DNA from: Nymphaea colorata
Taxonomy: Eukaryota
Direction of reading: 5' to 3'
Assembly (NCBI RefSeq): GCF_008831285.2
Contig: NC_045138.2
Location: 22,878,001-22,942,000 of the forward strand
DNA length: 64,000 bases
The position numbers were made by a program, and so were the translations under genes. Shown here in pieces: positions 42,601-54,300 of the stretch. The notes beneath the pieces are model-generated. The model saw only the letters and a list, made by a program, of their open reading frames with translations. It searched no databases and was not told the DNA's origin. Positions within the stretch are counted from its first letter, which is position 1; the number at the start of each line of letters is the position of its first letter.

Positions 42601-45600
42601 GGGATTCACTGGGTTTGTCCCCAGTGGGGTAGAAACTGAATTGTAATCTTGGTATCTCCGAATCCGAAAGCATTCCCGAAGAGATCTTGGGAGGTCAGGA
42701 CGGCAGCGCAGTCTGGGTTTTCTGGACAGCTACAGTGCCCGCAGCTTGCGTCCTACCAGTAACATAGGTTTACTTGTTTATCCTAGTGAACTCCCTTTTG
42801 TAATAAATTAATAATTCCATCTTTGTTGCTTGATGTACAAAATACTTGAGTAGTTCAATGGTTTGAGACTACTCAACTTTCATTCCTTTTTTTGAAAAAC
42901 ATTTTAAACATCAGCTTTATTATTTAACTATAGTTCATCAAGCAACTGGCAATTCATCAAGTAATTCGCAATCAGCTTTACTAATTGCCACACTCTATGT
43001 CACATGCACTCGCGGAAAAGGACCCTGCACCCGTGTCAATACAGCTTCACTCAAGTTCAGGTATTGGACATGGCAAAATGATAATTAGTATTTTTTGGGT
43101 CTACTTTGATATTTTCTTTGTTAGCCTATATTTTATAGATAAGAAAAAAAATAGATCAATTTTTTGCTTAGAATCCTATATATATGTGTTCCAGCATTCA
43201 AGTTCTTTGAAGCTGCTTCACACCCGGACCCACACCCATGTGACAGCCTGACAGGTCAATAATCTTTTTATGTGAGCCCTCCAACACCTCCACTAAGTCG
43301 CATGCATGGCAACAAAATGTCATTCCTGAGTTTTTTAAGTATTGCACTTTTTGTTGGGTACAAATCAAAATGTTTGTTTTTCCTCAGAATTCAAAAAATT
43401 GAAACATTATACAGAAATAATAAAAAACATTATCAGACTATGAGTCTTTGACTAATTTTCTTCCAAAAAATGATAAATATTGAAAATGGTTAAATATTAA
43501 AAGAAACCAAAAAAATGAAATATAAGAAATGTTAAAAGGGGAGCAAAATCTTGCATACTATCGCAGTATTTTAAAAAGAAAATTCATATGGATGATACTT
43601 CCAAACTATTTCCATCAATTGCACATCTTGTGCTTTATTCTTGTTTGGCAATACTACCACAATATCATGCTTATCTGAATCACTTGACAGAACCAATTAG
43701 GAGGGTTGCCATTTTACATACATCACCCAAGAGAAAGCACATCCGTTTGGATATCTTTTGTCCTCTAAGAGTCTAAAGAGAAAACATGGAAGACATGTTA
43801 TTGTTTCATTTTCTCGTAACTTTTAATATCTAATATTAATGTGATATCCCACATACATAGATGCCAGTTGTCAATGATGATTAAACATGAAATTTGCAGA
43901 TAACTTGTCTTCAACATAAACACAAGTAATTTTTTTGCTATACTTCGTCTCCCAGCTCAGACACAATAAAATTTTTACCCCAAGAATAACTTATCTCCTT
44001 CGTGATTGTTACTTTGTTTGCAACAGATAAGGCATCTAAACAAGTTATCCCACGATTACTTAAGCTAAAACTCAATAATCCACTAAATAATGATAATACT
44101 GTAATTTCCACACATGAATAGAAAACGGAGTATGGGAATCAGAACCAAAAAGTGACCATTTCAAATTTTGGATGAATTGCGAAGCAGTAAATGATAATAC
44201 TGTAATTTCCACACATGAATAGAAAACGGAGTACGGGAATCAGAACCAAAAGGCAACCATTTCAAATTTTGGATGAATTGCGAACCAGTAAATGTGTAGG
44301 CAGTGACAGTGAGAGCTTCTAGTTTTAACTTTTCACTTTTAAGGTGTGTTGAATCTTTTGATACATTGAAAAATCAACCAGGGTGAGGCCCACCCAGGCT
44401 TCCATCTTCTTTTTTTTTTTTCCATAGTTAGTTGATGGGGAGGCCTCCAAATGAAAATTAGGAAAAGCCATAAAATTGAAGTGTACTTTAAGGAGAAGCC
44501 ATCCACAAATTTCTGTGTTACCTTGAACATGACCGTATGAGGAGGATACCCTAGATGAGTCATAACTGGTATCCGACATCCCCTCAGGATGTTAGCACAG
44601 ACAAGCCTAGCATGGCAACTAGGCTCATTTAGGTCATCTGGGCTAAGTTCTTCATAGGTAACCTGCCTTTCGTTGTCGAACACATTGCCTAAGCACTTAA
44701 CAGTGTAGGCATTTTTTTCTTCAACAATCTATATTATTTGTTTCTGTTTTCCTTTTCCTTTGTCCTTCTACTGCTTGAGGCAGATTTTCTTTCCATTTCA
44801 CTATCTTCTTCTTCTACATCAAAAGTAGCTTTCTTCTTTCATGCGTATTTTCTTTTCCTAATTATTTTGTATGTTGCATGTGATATGGCATAGGTTGAAG
44901 ACGCGTTTGTGCAATTATGTCATGATGAAAGACCCAATAAATCTGTGATGAACAATGTTGAAGATTTACGTTCCTTAATATCTTCATTAGACAAGTAATT
45001 TGAAGTTCAAGTTTAGTTTATTAAATACTAGAAATACGAACAGACAATGATGAATGCTAACACAGACGTTTCAAGTTGTGATGTACAATTGTGTTTTCTT
45101 TTAAACTGATAAAAATTTATTTTTCATTGAGAAATGCTGATAAAGCACCAAGTATACATAATTTTATATCATTATGTCCATGTTTTAATGAAAAATTACG
45201 TTTAAATTTTAAAATCTCATGTTTGGTCATAGCTAGATGATGAACCTAAAGGACTTTGAGCACCATTCAATCTGAAATTTGGTCCACATCTGAGATCTAG
45301 ATGTAACATGGCCTAAACACTAGGTCCCCTTAGTTTTCCTCCTCACAATGATATCTTAAGGGCTAAGGCCCTAAACCATTCAGCCCCCTCTCCCGATTTC
45401 TGTGCCTTGTCCCTCTTTCCCCGTAATTCTCTGTGTCTGTCCTTTCCACCTCTATTAAATACTTTCTTCCTCTTCTTCTTCCTCCATCCTCCCTTCTACA
45501 TCATGTCCTATCATGTTGCTATAGCCTTCAAGGCTTCAACTCATCCTCTTGTTGGAAAAAAATCATCTAGAAAGATCCACAAGAGCTCAGATCCTCCATC

Positions 45601-48600
45601 TTAGCCAAATCTCATCTTTCTCCCATGAGAATGGCTCCATCAGTTAGGGAACCACCTCTCCCTTGGAAACTTGGCCAGTGGTACCAGATGTCCGTATCTC
45701 CTTCTAGTATGGCAGCATGGCAGAAATCCTCTTTTGGAGTGAAAAACTCGGAGACTGCAACAGCATATCAAAAGTTAGAAAAGGAGTCTTCACTCCCTTG
45801 ACCCAATCTGGAAACGGGAGAAGGCTGTTTCAACCTTCCCTGCTTGCTCCACAAAATACAGCCAGCAGATTGTACTTTATTCTATCTTTCATGTTTCAGA
45901 GAAAGGAATGGTGATCAGAATTACTGGCTAATGGTGCATTCAGTTAGGTTGATTGTGGTAGAAGCAGCACACTGTTGTTAAAACTTAAAAGTGTTAGGCA
46001 GTGTTTAAAAACTCGCCATGTCAACACCTTGACTTGGCTGACTCGGCTCGGCTGGCCCACTTACCGGGTCAACCCAGTCGGGGGACTCGATTTAAACAAA
46101 AACTCGGTAAGACTCGGTAGAACTTGCCTTGGACTTGGTTGACTCCGCCGAGCCTTCTGTTGAGTTTTTTTATGCAGTGTAATACAGAAAAACTAAAATG
46201 TGCAGGGGGGTTTGAGTAATAAAGCAAGTTATAAAAAAGATGTAAACCTAAACCCTTGTTGGAGTTCTCTTCTTCTCGATGGCAAAAGACGGAGGAGAAA
46301 GACATTAAACCCTTATCTATTGTTTTTCGCCATATTTCCAACGAGAATGGAGATTCCGATGATGCACCTGCATCAACAGAAAAATCAGCTTCTTAGGTAT
46401 GTCATTCTTGTGTTTTTCATTTTATTTTTCCAACATTTATGTTTCCCAATGATTTGGATCGATTAACTTAACCCTTTTAGTTTTTCCGGCAACTTCAATT
46501 TTTTACGATGTGTTCTCTCTCTCACTTTCTAGTATCTCTGTCCTCCCCATTCTTCTCTCCTTATGTTGGTTCATAGTCTTATGGAAGTATTCCCAAACCT
46601 GTCATGCTCTCTCTATGTTTTTCTCTATGCTCTCTCTCTTGTAGCCTCACTCTGTTCCTGCCCCTTTCTCTGTAATTCTCTCTCCCTCCCTCTCGGCTGC
46701 TCGGACTCTCTCTTTGTTCATAGTTTTCATTCTTTTCAAGTTTCAAATGAATGGATATTTTGTTTCTCCTTTATTTCATCTAATTCTCATCATTTTTTAG
46801 TTGATACCGTTGTACTATCTACTTACTGTCTCCCCATTTTTTTTTAAATTTTTATCGTTAGTTTCAACTAAAGGAATATTCTGCTTCTATGGCTTCATTC
46901 TAAACACAAACATGAAAATCTGTAAAGTTCAAACTTGTCTCCATAAAACATTTTTTTTCCAAAAAAAAAAAATGAAATATACTGAATGCTTCAATCCTTT
47001 GTTAAGTTTAACATTCAATATTCACTTTGTAGTTTATTTTCTCAAAAATGAAATTGTACAACTCAGTCTGCCTAATCCTGCCTAGGCTCAAGGCTCAACC
47101 TCTCACCTAGGCTAAGCCTAGGGCTTTAACAACATAGATCTAAAGTCAAATGATACAAATTCCCTACTTTAATTGATTCAAAAAATATACACACCTCTAA
47201 TTCAAAGACAAGAATTAGAAAAAGTGGTCTCTAATCAACCTTTCAGATCATCCATCATCGTTCATTCATTTTGTAAAGGAACAGAGATTTGCAGTTACTC
47301 TGCTTCAATTTTTTTTTTATCATGTGCATGCTTCATACACATGGTTAATTAACCATAACAGCAAACATGATGCAATTTTGAGCCTAAGAGTTGAAAGAGA
47401 ACTTGAATGAACTTGATTTCTCTCTTCCTTGTCCTAGAGATAAGAAGTTCACACATTTATTTTTTGGATCAGAAGATATGTTTAAGTCTTTAAGAGGATA
47501 CAATTATCTCAGCTTTTATTAACTCCAACCAGATGCAATCCAGATTCCAGAATACATGTCTAACAAGACAGAATCTTCCATTACCAATTCGCTGATCTCA
47601 ATTTTTATAATTTTTATTCACCCTAACCAGAAACAAGTCCTTAATGACACCTCTCCCTCTATCTTCAAGAATTCAATCATGGAAATGTGCATAAAAATTC
47701 AAGAAGAAAAAAGGAGGAACCACCGAAATACTTGTCACACATCAGCCAACCGACACATAATCAACTGGCAAACCCAGGTTGACGACACCACGTGCAACTA
47801 GCAAGCAGATAAACTCCTCAAGTTTATCCAATGTTTCACAAGTTGCCCTAAGAAACCAAAATAACAGATGACCAAGAATAGAATTTCATATTAGGAGAAG
47901 CTCCCACTTTCGAAGACAACCCTACAAATACTTAGTCTACTTACAACCGCTTGCCATCAATAAAATGTAACCTATTCACGATTCCGTACCATTATATACC
48001 CCTCTGTTTTCTATCAAAAGACTCTCCAACAGTTCCAGGCCCAAAAGGACATGCTACAGAATCAAAGCAAGTGGTACGTTTTCAGAGAAAGCAACTTGCC
48101 ACTAAAATTAAAATTTTCTAAATTCAGAAGAGTAAATGAACGTCGACATTTTTATAAACCTAACTGGCTGTCATTAAAGACTGAAACCCGGATTCTATTG
48201 CTTCCCGATTTCCATGGAACGCGAACGAGAAACTAATTGTCATCAACGAAGAGCAAAGCCGCCATAAATAATCCCGATCTAGCCCCTCACAATTTGTCTA
48301 TCGATATAGCGCAAGAGCGATGCGAAAAAACTCATAGTTCACAAAATCAGAACATAAATGATCTGAAATTTTGCTTTGCACCTGTAAGTCTTCGGGAAGG
48401 TACTCGTGCTTCATGGACAGATCCATGGCGCGCTTGAGCCGCTGGGTCCGGGCATCTACAACCTCTTTCGGGAGACGAGAAAGGGCTTCCTTAATGTCAA
48501 GGTCGAACATGGGGTCATAGAGATCGTCGTAACGAAGCCCTAAAGAAGAAGACCATCTTGATTAACCGATCCCGCAGGAGAGAGGGAGTCAGAAAGAGAG

Positions 48601-48710
48601 AGGGAAAGAAGCATACCATATTTCTTCAGGCGCTTGGAGATGGCCTTGCAATGCTGGGCAGCAAACCAGTTGCGGGATGGATTCAGGAACGATCTCAAGA
48701 ACGCGTCCAT
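31876..48710 (-). CDS. QCR7: Cytochrome b-c1 complex subunit 7, 122 aa; exons 48710-48617, 48539-48382, 32201-32154, 31944-31876
   Basis: MDAFLRSFLNPSRNWFAAQHCKAISKRLKKY|GLRYDDLYDPMFDLDIKEALSRLPKEVVDARTQRLKRAMDLSMKHEYLPEDLQ|ALQTPFRGYLQEMLAL|VKKERAERDALGALPLYQRTIP*. GT-AG junctions keep frame. Intron 2 is 16.2 kb. Confidence 0.95.
33581..33632. repeat. (CT)n microsatellite
   Basis: Directly visible. Confidence 0.95.
33828..37406 (+). repeat. 5' LTR (3579 bp)
   Basis: Near-identical to 39180-42758 (about 15 substitutions counted by eye, same length). Contains internal ~180-210-bp sub-repeats. Confidence 0.95.
37483..39609 (+). pseudogene. Deleted gag/aspartic-protease polyprotein of the non-autonomous element; one in-frame TAA at 38161-38163
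   Basis: The ORF-track ORFs 37468-38163 and 38239-39609 are in the same frame and separated by a single stop. Contains RTMRMVGSI..VLLDSGAT..DVVLG (retropepsin). Confidence 0.75.
39180..42758 (+). repeat. 3' LTR (3579 bp)
   Basis: Direct repeat of 33828-37406, followed by TSD GTAAC. Confidence 0.95.
42995..43246. mobile_element. MITE of the CTATGTCACAT-TIR family
   Basis: Starts CTATGTCACATG and ends CATGTGACAG, with subterminal CACCCG repeats. Same TIR word as the element in the RPL9 intron. Confidence 0.55.
44089..44290. repeat. 101-bp tandem duplication
   Basis: AATGATAATACTGTAATTTCCACACATG...GATGAATTGCGAA.CAGTA repeated at 44089 and 44190 with few mismatches. Confidence 0.9.
45999..47137. 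mobile_element. Possible hAT-like non-autonomous element or composite
   Basis: Starts CAGTGTTTAAAAACTCG with ACTCGG/CCGAG subterminal repeats and ends CCTAGG..TTTAACAACATAG. No clear TSD. Confidence 0.35.
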
Positions 48711-49179
48711 GGAAGCAAAGCTCCAAATCTCTCCGGCTCTCTGTGTTCTCTCCCTTCTCTCGACCCTTCCGCAAGCCTCCAATTATTATGGACGCTCGGC
48801 CGCGCCCTCCTCCCCTCCTCCTCCTCCCCCGCCGCCCCTAGGGCGTCGTAAATTCGGATCTCCTTCTGGACTTCTATACCCGAAATCCATCTTTGAGGTT
48901 TTTCACTAGCGCTTCGAATTGAACCGAGTCTTTTGAGTTTTGACCGATCTTTCTCAGGTGCGCGCATTTGCACCCCTTTTCTTTTTGTTCAAATTTTCGG
49001 TTGTTTTTCGCAAATTTAATCATGTAAATGCAAAACGTCCGAAGCTTCATATGCTCAAGAAATAATGAAAATATGTTGCATAAATCTTGATACTCTTAAG
49101 GGTTTTAGTTAAGATTAACGATCTTAACTTTCTCACTAGACATTAACTTTTCATTATGTTCTTAAATTTTTTATTTTGC

Positions 49180-49214
<35 letters not shown>

Positions 49215-51311
49215 TTCTCCCGTCATTTGAATAGTACCGATTCTCATATGCATCGGGCTGCACGTTCAAGAGGCTCGATAGACAAATCACAGGATTTCAA
49301 TTGCTCTACATGGATTTTTCAGGCACTTAGATGCTCCAGTTACGCCGGATGGATGGATGGCCGAGAAATTGGTAAAGATCATATCATTTTGGTAAGAAAC
49401 AAAAACTAGACCTACTAAAAGTAATTATTAAAGTGTTTTTCTGTAACCTAGCAGTATAGATTTGATTTTAAGAGTGATTTGATGAACAACATGTATTAAG
49501 TTAATCATTTGACTTTAATAATAAAAAAAAATGAACAGTTCTTATAGCATCAAAATTTTGATAACAACAAAGTCAAACTTTTTTATGAATATAATAGGAC
49601 GTTGAAATTTTGTTTTAAAAAAAAAATCAAAACAAATTTAAGTGGTCTGGATATAGTTGTGTGTTTGGGAGGCCAAAGCATCCAAACTGCTGGATGATAT
49701 GTGTGTGTGCATAGAATTGGCAAACCCATGACTCGGACTCGATTGGCAAATGATCGGGTCCTTGGGTCAGCAAATTGACTCGTTGACTCGGTTGAATATT
49801 CAAATAACCATAATGTATTTTTGTTACTGTTGAATGAGCAATTTCAGGCGAGTTAGGGTTGAGTCAAGGGTGAGTTGGGCTGAATCATGACTCGTGACCG
49901 AATTTGTTTGGGCGATTCCCAAGTCAGCCGGCGAGTTTGCCAACTATGATATAGAAGTTGTAGATTTAACCGTCTCAAGTATGGGTCATCCACAAGTCGT
50001 CGTGAATACTTTAGGCCTTTGGCTAGATTCAGCAACTTTACATAAAGCCGTCGAGCTTCTGACTGGAATCCAGACACCTTTCATAAATCCAACCATAGGG
50101 ATGTGGGTAGGTTGTGTAAAATTATATGAACAGAAGACCATGAAGATTTTATGTAAAGTTAGATAGAATTTGATAAAACTACTAATCAATTGTTACTAGT
50201 TTGAACATGCAAATAGTTCGGGCGCATCAAATACAAACTCTTTGGTTATATATCTGATTTTCCATGCTTTTGCTGATGTTAATATTATCAACTGCCTTGG
50301 TTCACAACTTTTTCTAGTAAAAACTACATCAACTGTCGTGGTCCATAAGGACCATAACTCTTTCTTGATACAAACCAAACCCAACTATCACAGGTTGATG
50401 TCCATCAGACCGCCCAGTGGGGTTAGTTTAATTGGAATCTGTACAGTCGGTATTCAATCCAAATTCTACGCTTAAATCCAAAGTCTCACATGTGTGAACA
50501 CCCGCTCTTAAAGCAAAGCAAAGTGTAAACACCGCAAGCATGTGAAAGTTAAAAAGTCATGCATCAAAGATTTTGGATCCTTCAAAAACTTATACTCTGG
50601 TTGCACATTTCCAGTTATATTACTTCATTGCCTACCGAATGCGAACGAAAGTCAGTGATGAGACGAGCAGAAGCTAGAGTACACCAGACCGAACACTTGG
50701 TCTGCTTTAGCTGGATTGCCATGACGTGGGCCTTTTCGAATCTAAAGTCTAATTTCAGCCCAGAAACTCAGATGGGCTTAGGGGCCACTTGGCATTAAAA
50801 ATAGCATAAAGGTGTCCTACAACAAAAAGCAAGAAGCAGATTCATGAAGCTGCAGATTGCTTTGAACGAACGTCCATAAAAGGATGAGAAAGTTTTGACC
50901 ATCTGTCCGTTATTTTCAATAACATAACGACATTTCAGGTGCCCAGGGAGGGCTCTGAAAATGGAAGCAAGGTGCAAGAAAATAGCTGAGGTGTGCTTTT
51001 AGTGGTGCCATGCAGGAAAACAGATGCACAGCAAAGTGAAGCTCTGGCGGTCTGGCTCAGATAGATCAGGCTTTCGGACAACATAATGGTATTTCAGCAG
51101 GCTGGAACCAGCATCCTCTGTCTGCACTTCAATCTTCAACATCCAATTCTATAGGTTTAAATCACACTGCCTATCTGGATTTTCATATAAAACTTACTTA
51201 AGAGTTAAGAGAGAGAGAAACTATAAGAATTACATGGAATTGTGACAATGAAGTTACAGTAAATACATAAAGGAATGATGGCCATGAGTACACAGATGCC
51301 AACTTTGGGCT

Positions 51312-54300
51312 TCAGACCATGGTTAATTCATCAACTGTGTTCGTACTTTTTGGAATTGATGGGGCCTCATAGGCAGCAAGCTTCTGCCTGATAGCTGCCA
51401 ACTCCTCCCCAGAGTTGCAGATGTAGGCTGCAGCCTGTCTTCCTGATAAAGTTGCCCCTTCCATACTGTCAATGTAATCCTAGAGATTTGCAAGCATGAT
51501 GAGTTAGCTGTTGTTTTAGCGCGTTAACCCAATTATGATAAAAAATTGCCAGAAGTTCTAAAGTAAAACAACTGACATATAAAAGAGCTTCACACGTTCA
51601 ACAAGCATACACCTAAAGTAGCAATCAAACCGTGTTAATGGTAAGGTTGGCAAAATCATGAGCCGTGATCACAATGATATAGCCAGTTACTCCAACTTAC
51701 AAAGGTTAACATGAGCCAGCCATGCAAGCACATACAAAGAAAAGAATCGGAAACATGTTTCATGAAAGGATAATAGATGCTGCAGCCTAAACAGAGAGAG
51801 TGGTAAGAGGTGTGTCACCAACCTGTTTCGTATAAGAACCAGCAAGAAAGAAATTCTTTACAGGCGTCCTTTGATCAGGTCGAAAAGGATCCATTCCAGG
51901 ACCCTCACGATATAAAGATTGCCCAATTTTGACAACTGAAGACCATATAACTTGTAATCCTTGGGAAGATGGAAACAAAGACAAAACCTGACGAGCAAAA
52001 AAATGCAGAGTTAAGCTCCCTTTTTTCTCACAGATGAGAATGAAGCTCCTACTGGTTCCTAGCATTAATAAAAGTCCATAAAATTACGGTGGGCAAACCA
52101 TCATATGGTACTTAAACCAAATAACATGTCAATCCATAAAGATATTGCAGAGAGTAATATACCAGGTAAACAAGTGGTGTCATGAAGCACAAGCAGGGAA
52201 AAAATATTTTAAAAACAAGCATCGAGGATTTAGGGAAGCAGTGTGAGGCAGGAACGCAAATTGGAACTTTGGGGAAATGCATTTTAGTAAAGGCAGGAAC
52301 AATTTTCCGTAGCAGTTGCTGACACCCATGCCCCCAACTTTTTACATTTAAGATTTGAAAGGGCGTAGGACATACATGCTGCTAACTATTTTACTTCATT
52401 TTACACATCTGTATACCTGTCATCAACATTTACCTTAGACGAATAGCTGTCAAGCTCGACATTGTAGAGTTGAATATAACAGATACAAAAATTTGGTGAT
52501 TTTTTTTTTCTCTTCTTTGACAAACTTTAATAGCCGAAAGAATTTCAAAATGTATTAAACCTATCATCACTTACTACTTACTAGCTAACATATCCATCCC
52601 AAAGGCAAAGCACATGCATCTAGATTCTAGCCTTCAATGGGTATTTACAATCTCTGAAAAGAGACCCAAATATTACTACTGAACATGTGTCATTAACAAA
52701 ACCAGGCCAGAGCACTTGCACCGCACCTATCTATGTTTGTGCACTTAAGCCAAGCATGAATCTGACATGCTGGTTATAAACCCTATTCTACTGAAAAGAA
52801 CATGTGTATACATCCACACATCTATTCAGAACAAAGTGGAAATCTGGTAAGGACTTTCTTGAGCATCTTACCTGCTTCTGTACTCGATCAATAATTTCTT
52901 CATTCGGAAAAGGCATGTATGGATCACCCGGTGTCAGCACAGCTCTAGAAAGTAATATAAAGACTACTAGTTAGATGAAGAATTAAAAAAGAAACATAGA
53001 ACAAGACTAACCAACAAAACAAAGCTAACTGGTAAAGGAAATAGGAAGACATAGGTTGATTGATATTCATGATCGACAGAGATTATACCTACAGGCTACA
53101 AGAATAACTAAATGAAATTATAATGTGGAATATACCAAATGCTGAACAAGGTTCATCATTAAAGTACTCCACAGTGTATCCAACAACCCCAAAATTCAGC
53201 CTTTATAGAAGAAGCATCCTTACTGGATCAGTGAGCCTTGCCCTTCAATATAGTAATCCTCTGGCGAAGTGAGTGCCAGGTCAGCAAAGCAAGAAAAATC
53301 TGCATCTGGGGTGTAAAGGAGATTATCCAATCCAGCCGCTTTTCTTAGTTGCCTAACGCAGACAATATTAGAAATTAGCTCAATGACAAAAATGATTATA
53401 AAGCCAGAAAATGACTTGAAGTGATACTATAATACAACACGACCACATGAATACAAATAAAAAAAAAAAGTTTTCTACAGTATGATGTTGAATAGCCAAA
53501 TATACCTCGATTTTTCCACATTTTGAAGCTCTGTAACCCAACCATTATATCTAAGTTGAACAGTGATAACTGGCACTCCGACCAGCTTGTAGATGTTGTC
53601 AAAAGCTTCCCATTGTCTCCACTTCAATGGAAGCAATTTCTTTATTCCAGGGACATCACAAGCTATGACAAGGGGGTTGAGAAAAACAAATTAGATCCTG
53701 GATCTTCCCCAGCAATATAATTACACAAACAAGATTTAGATGTTCGATAAAAACCTGCAACATATGCATCTGCTTGCACCGTTTGCTTGCTTGTCGCCTG
53801 CATACAAACAAAACTGAATTTAAGCACCATATCGTCAATGTTTGGAACAGAATAATGTGACTAAAGATGCTCTAAAGATATTTAGATTACGTTTTCCTAG
53901 TTTTTTCAGTCCAGACCGTCTTGTTCCATTCAATAAAGAAAATATCCATTGAAAAAGAACGAAAAGAGAAATGAAAGGTATCAAAATATTCATTTAGACC
54001 TGGAGAAGAATACTGGAAAAAAAATCTGAACCAACACAGATGGTTTAGTAGCCTTTGCTTATGTGCTATTCAACCAAATCACTGCCCATATATGCCATAC
54101 TTCATAAGAAGGCTTGATCCTCCATTTACCTCCATTAACATAATATATTTCTCCTTGCTCTACTCAGATGCAGTAGGATACTCAGAAGAATCTGACTAGA
54201 GAATGAGATTAAAAAGACAATGATAGTCATAGCTGTGAAGGTTTAAGCATACATTCTTTCAACAAAAAATTTGTTCATTTCATGATTAGACATTGAGAAG

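Larger units (their letters stand above)
33828..42758 (+). mobile_element. Complete non-autonomous Ty3/gypsy (chromovirus-like) LTR retrotransposon, antisense within QCR7 intron 2
   Basis: Two 3579-bp LTRs (TGATAC...TACCA), 5-bp TSD GTAAC (33823-33827 and 42759-42763), PBS-like AGGTATCAGAGC at 37409-37420, G-rich PPT before 39180. The 1773-bp internal region encodes LLDSGAT protease, gag-like motifs and an FP..AWGQA..GG end. No RT, RNase H or integrase. Confidence 0.95.

Noticed and set aside
44560..44700. Possible LINE ORF1 remnant (QVTYEEL)
   Set aside because: A single short motif with no intact Cys knuckle or ORF2 evidence.
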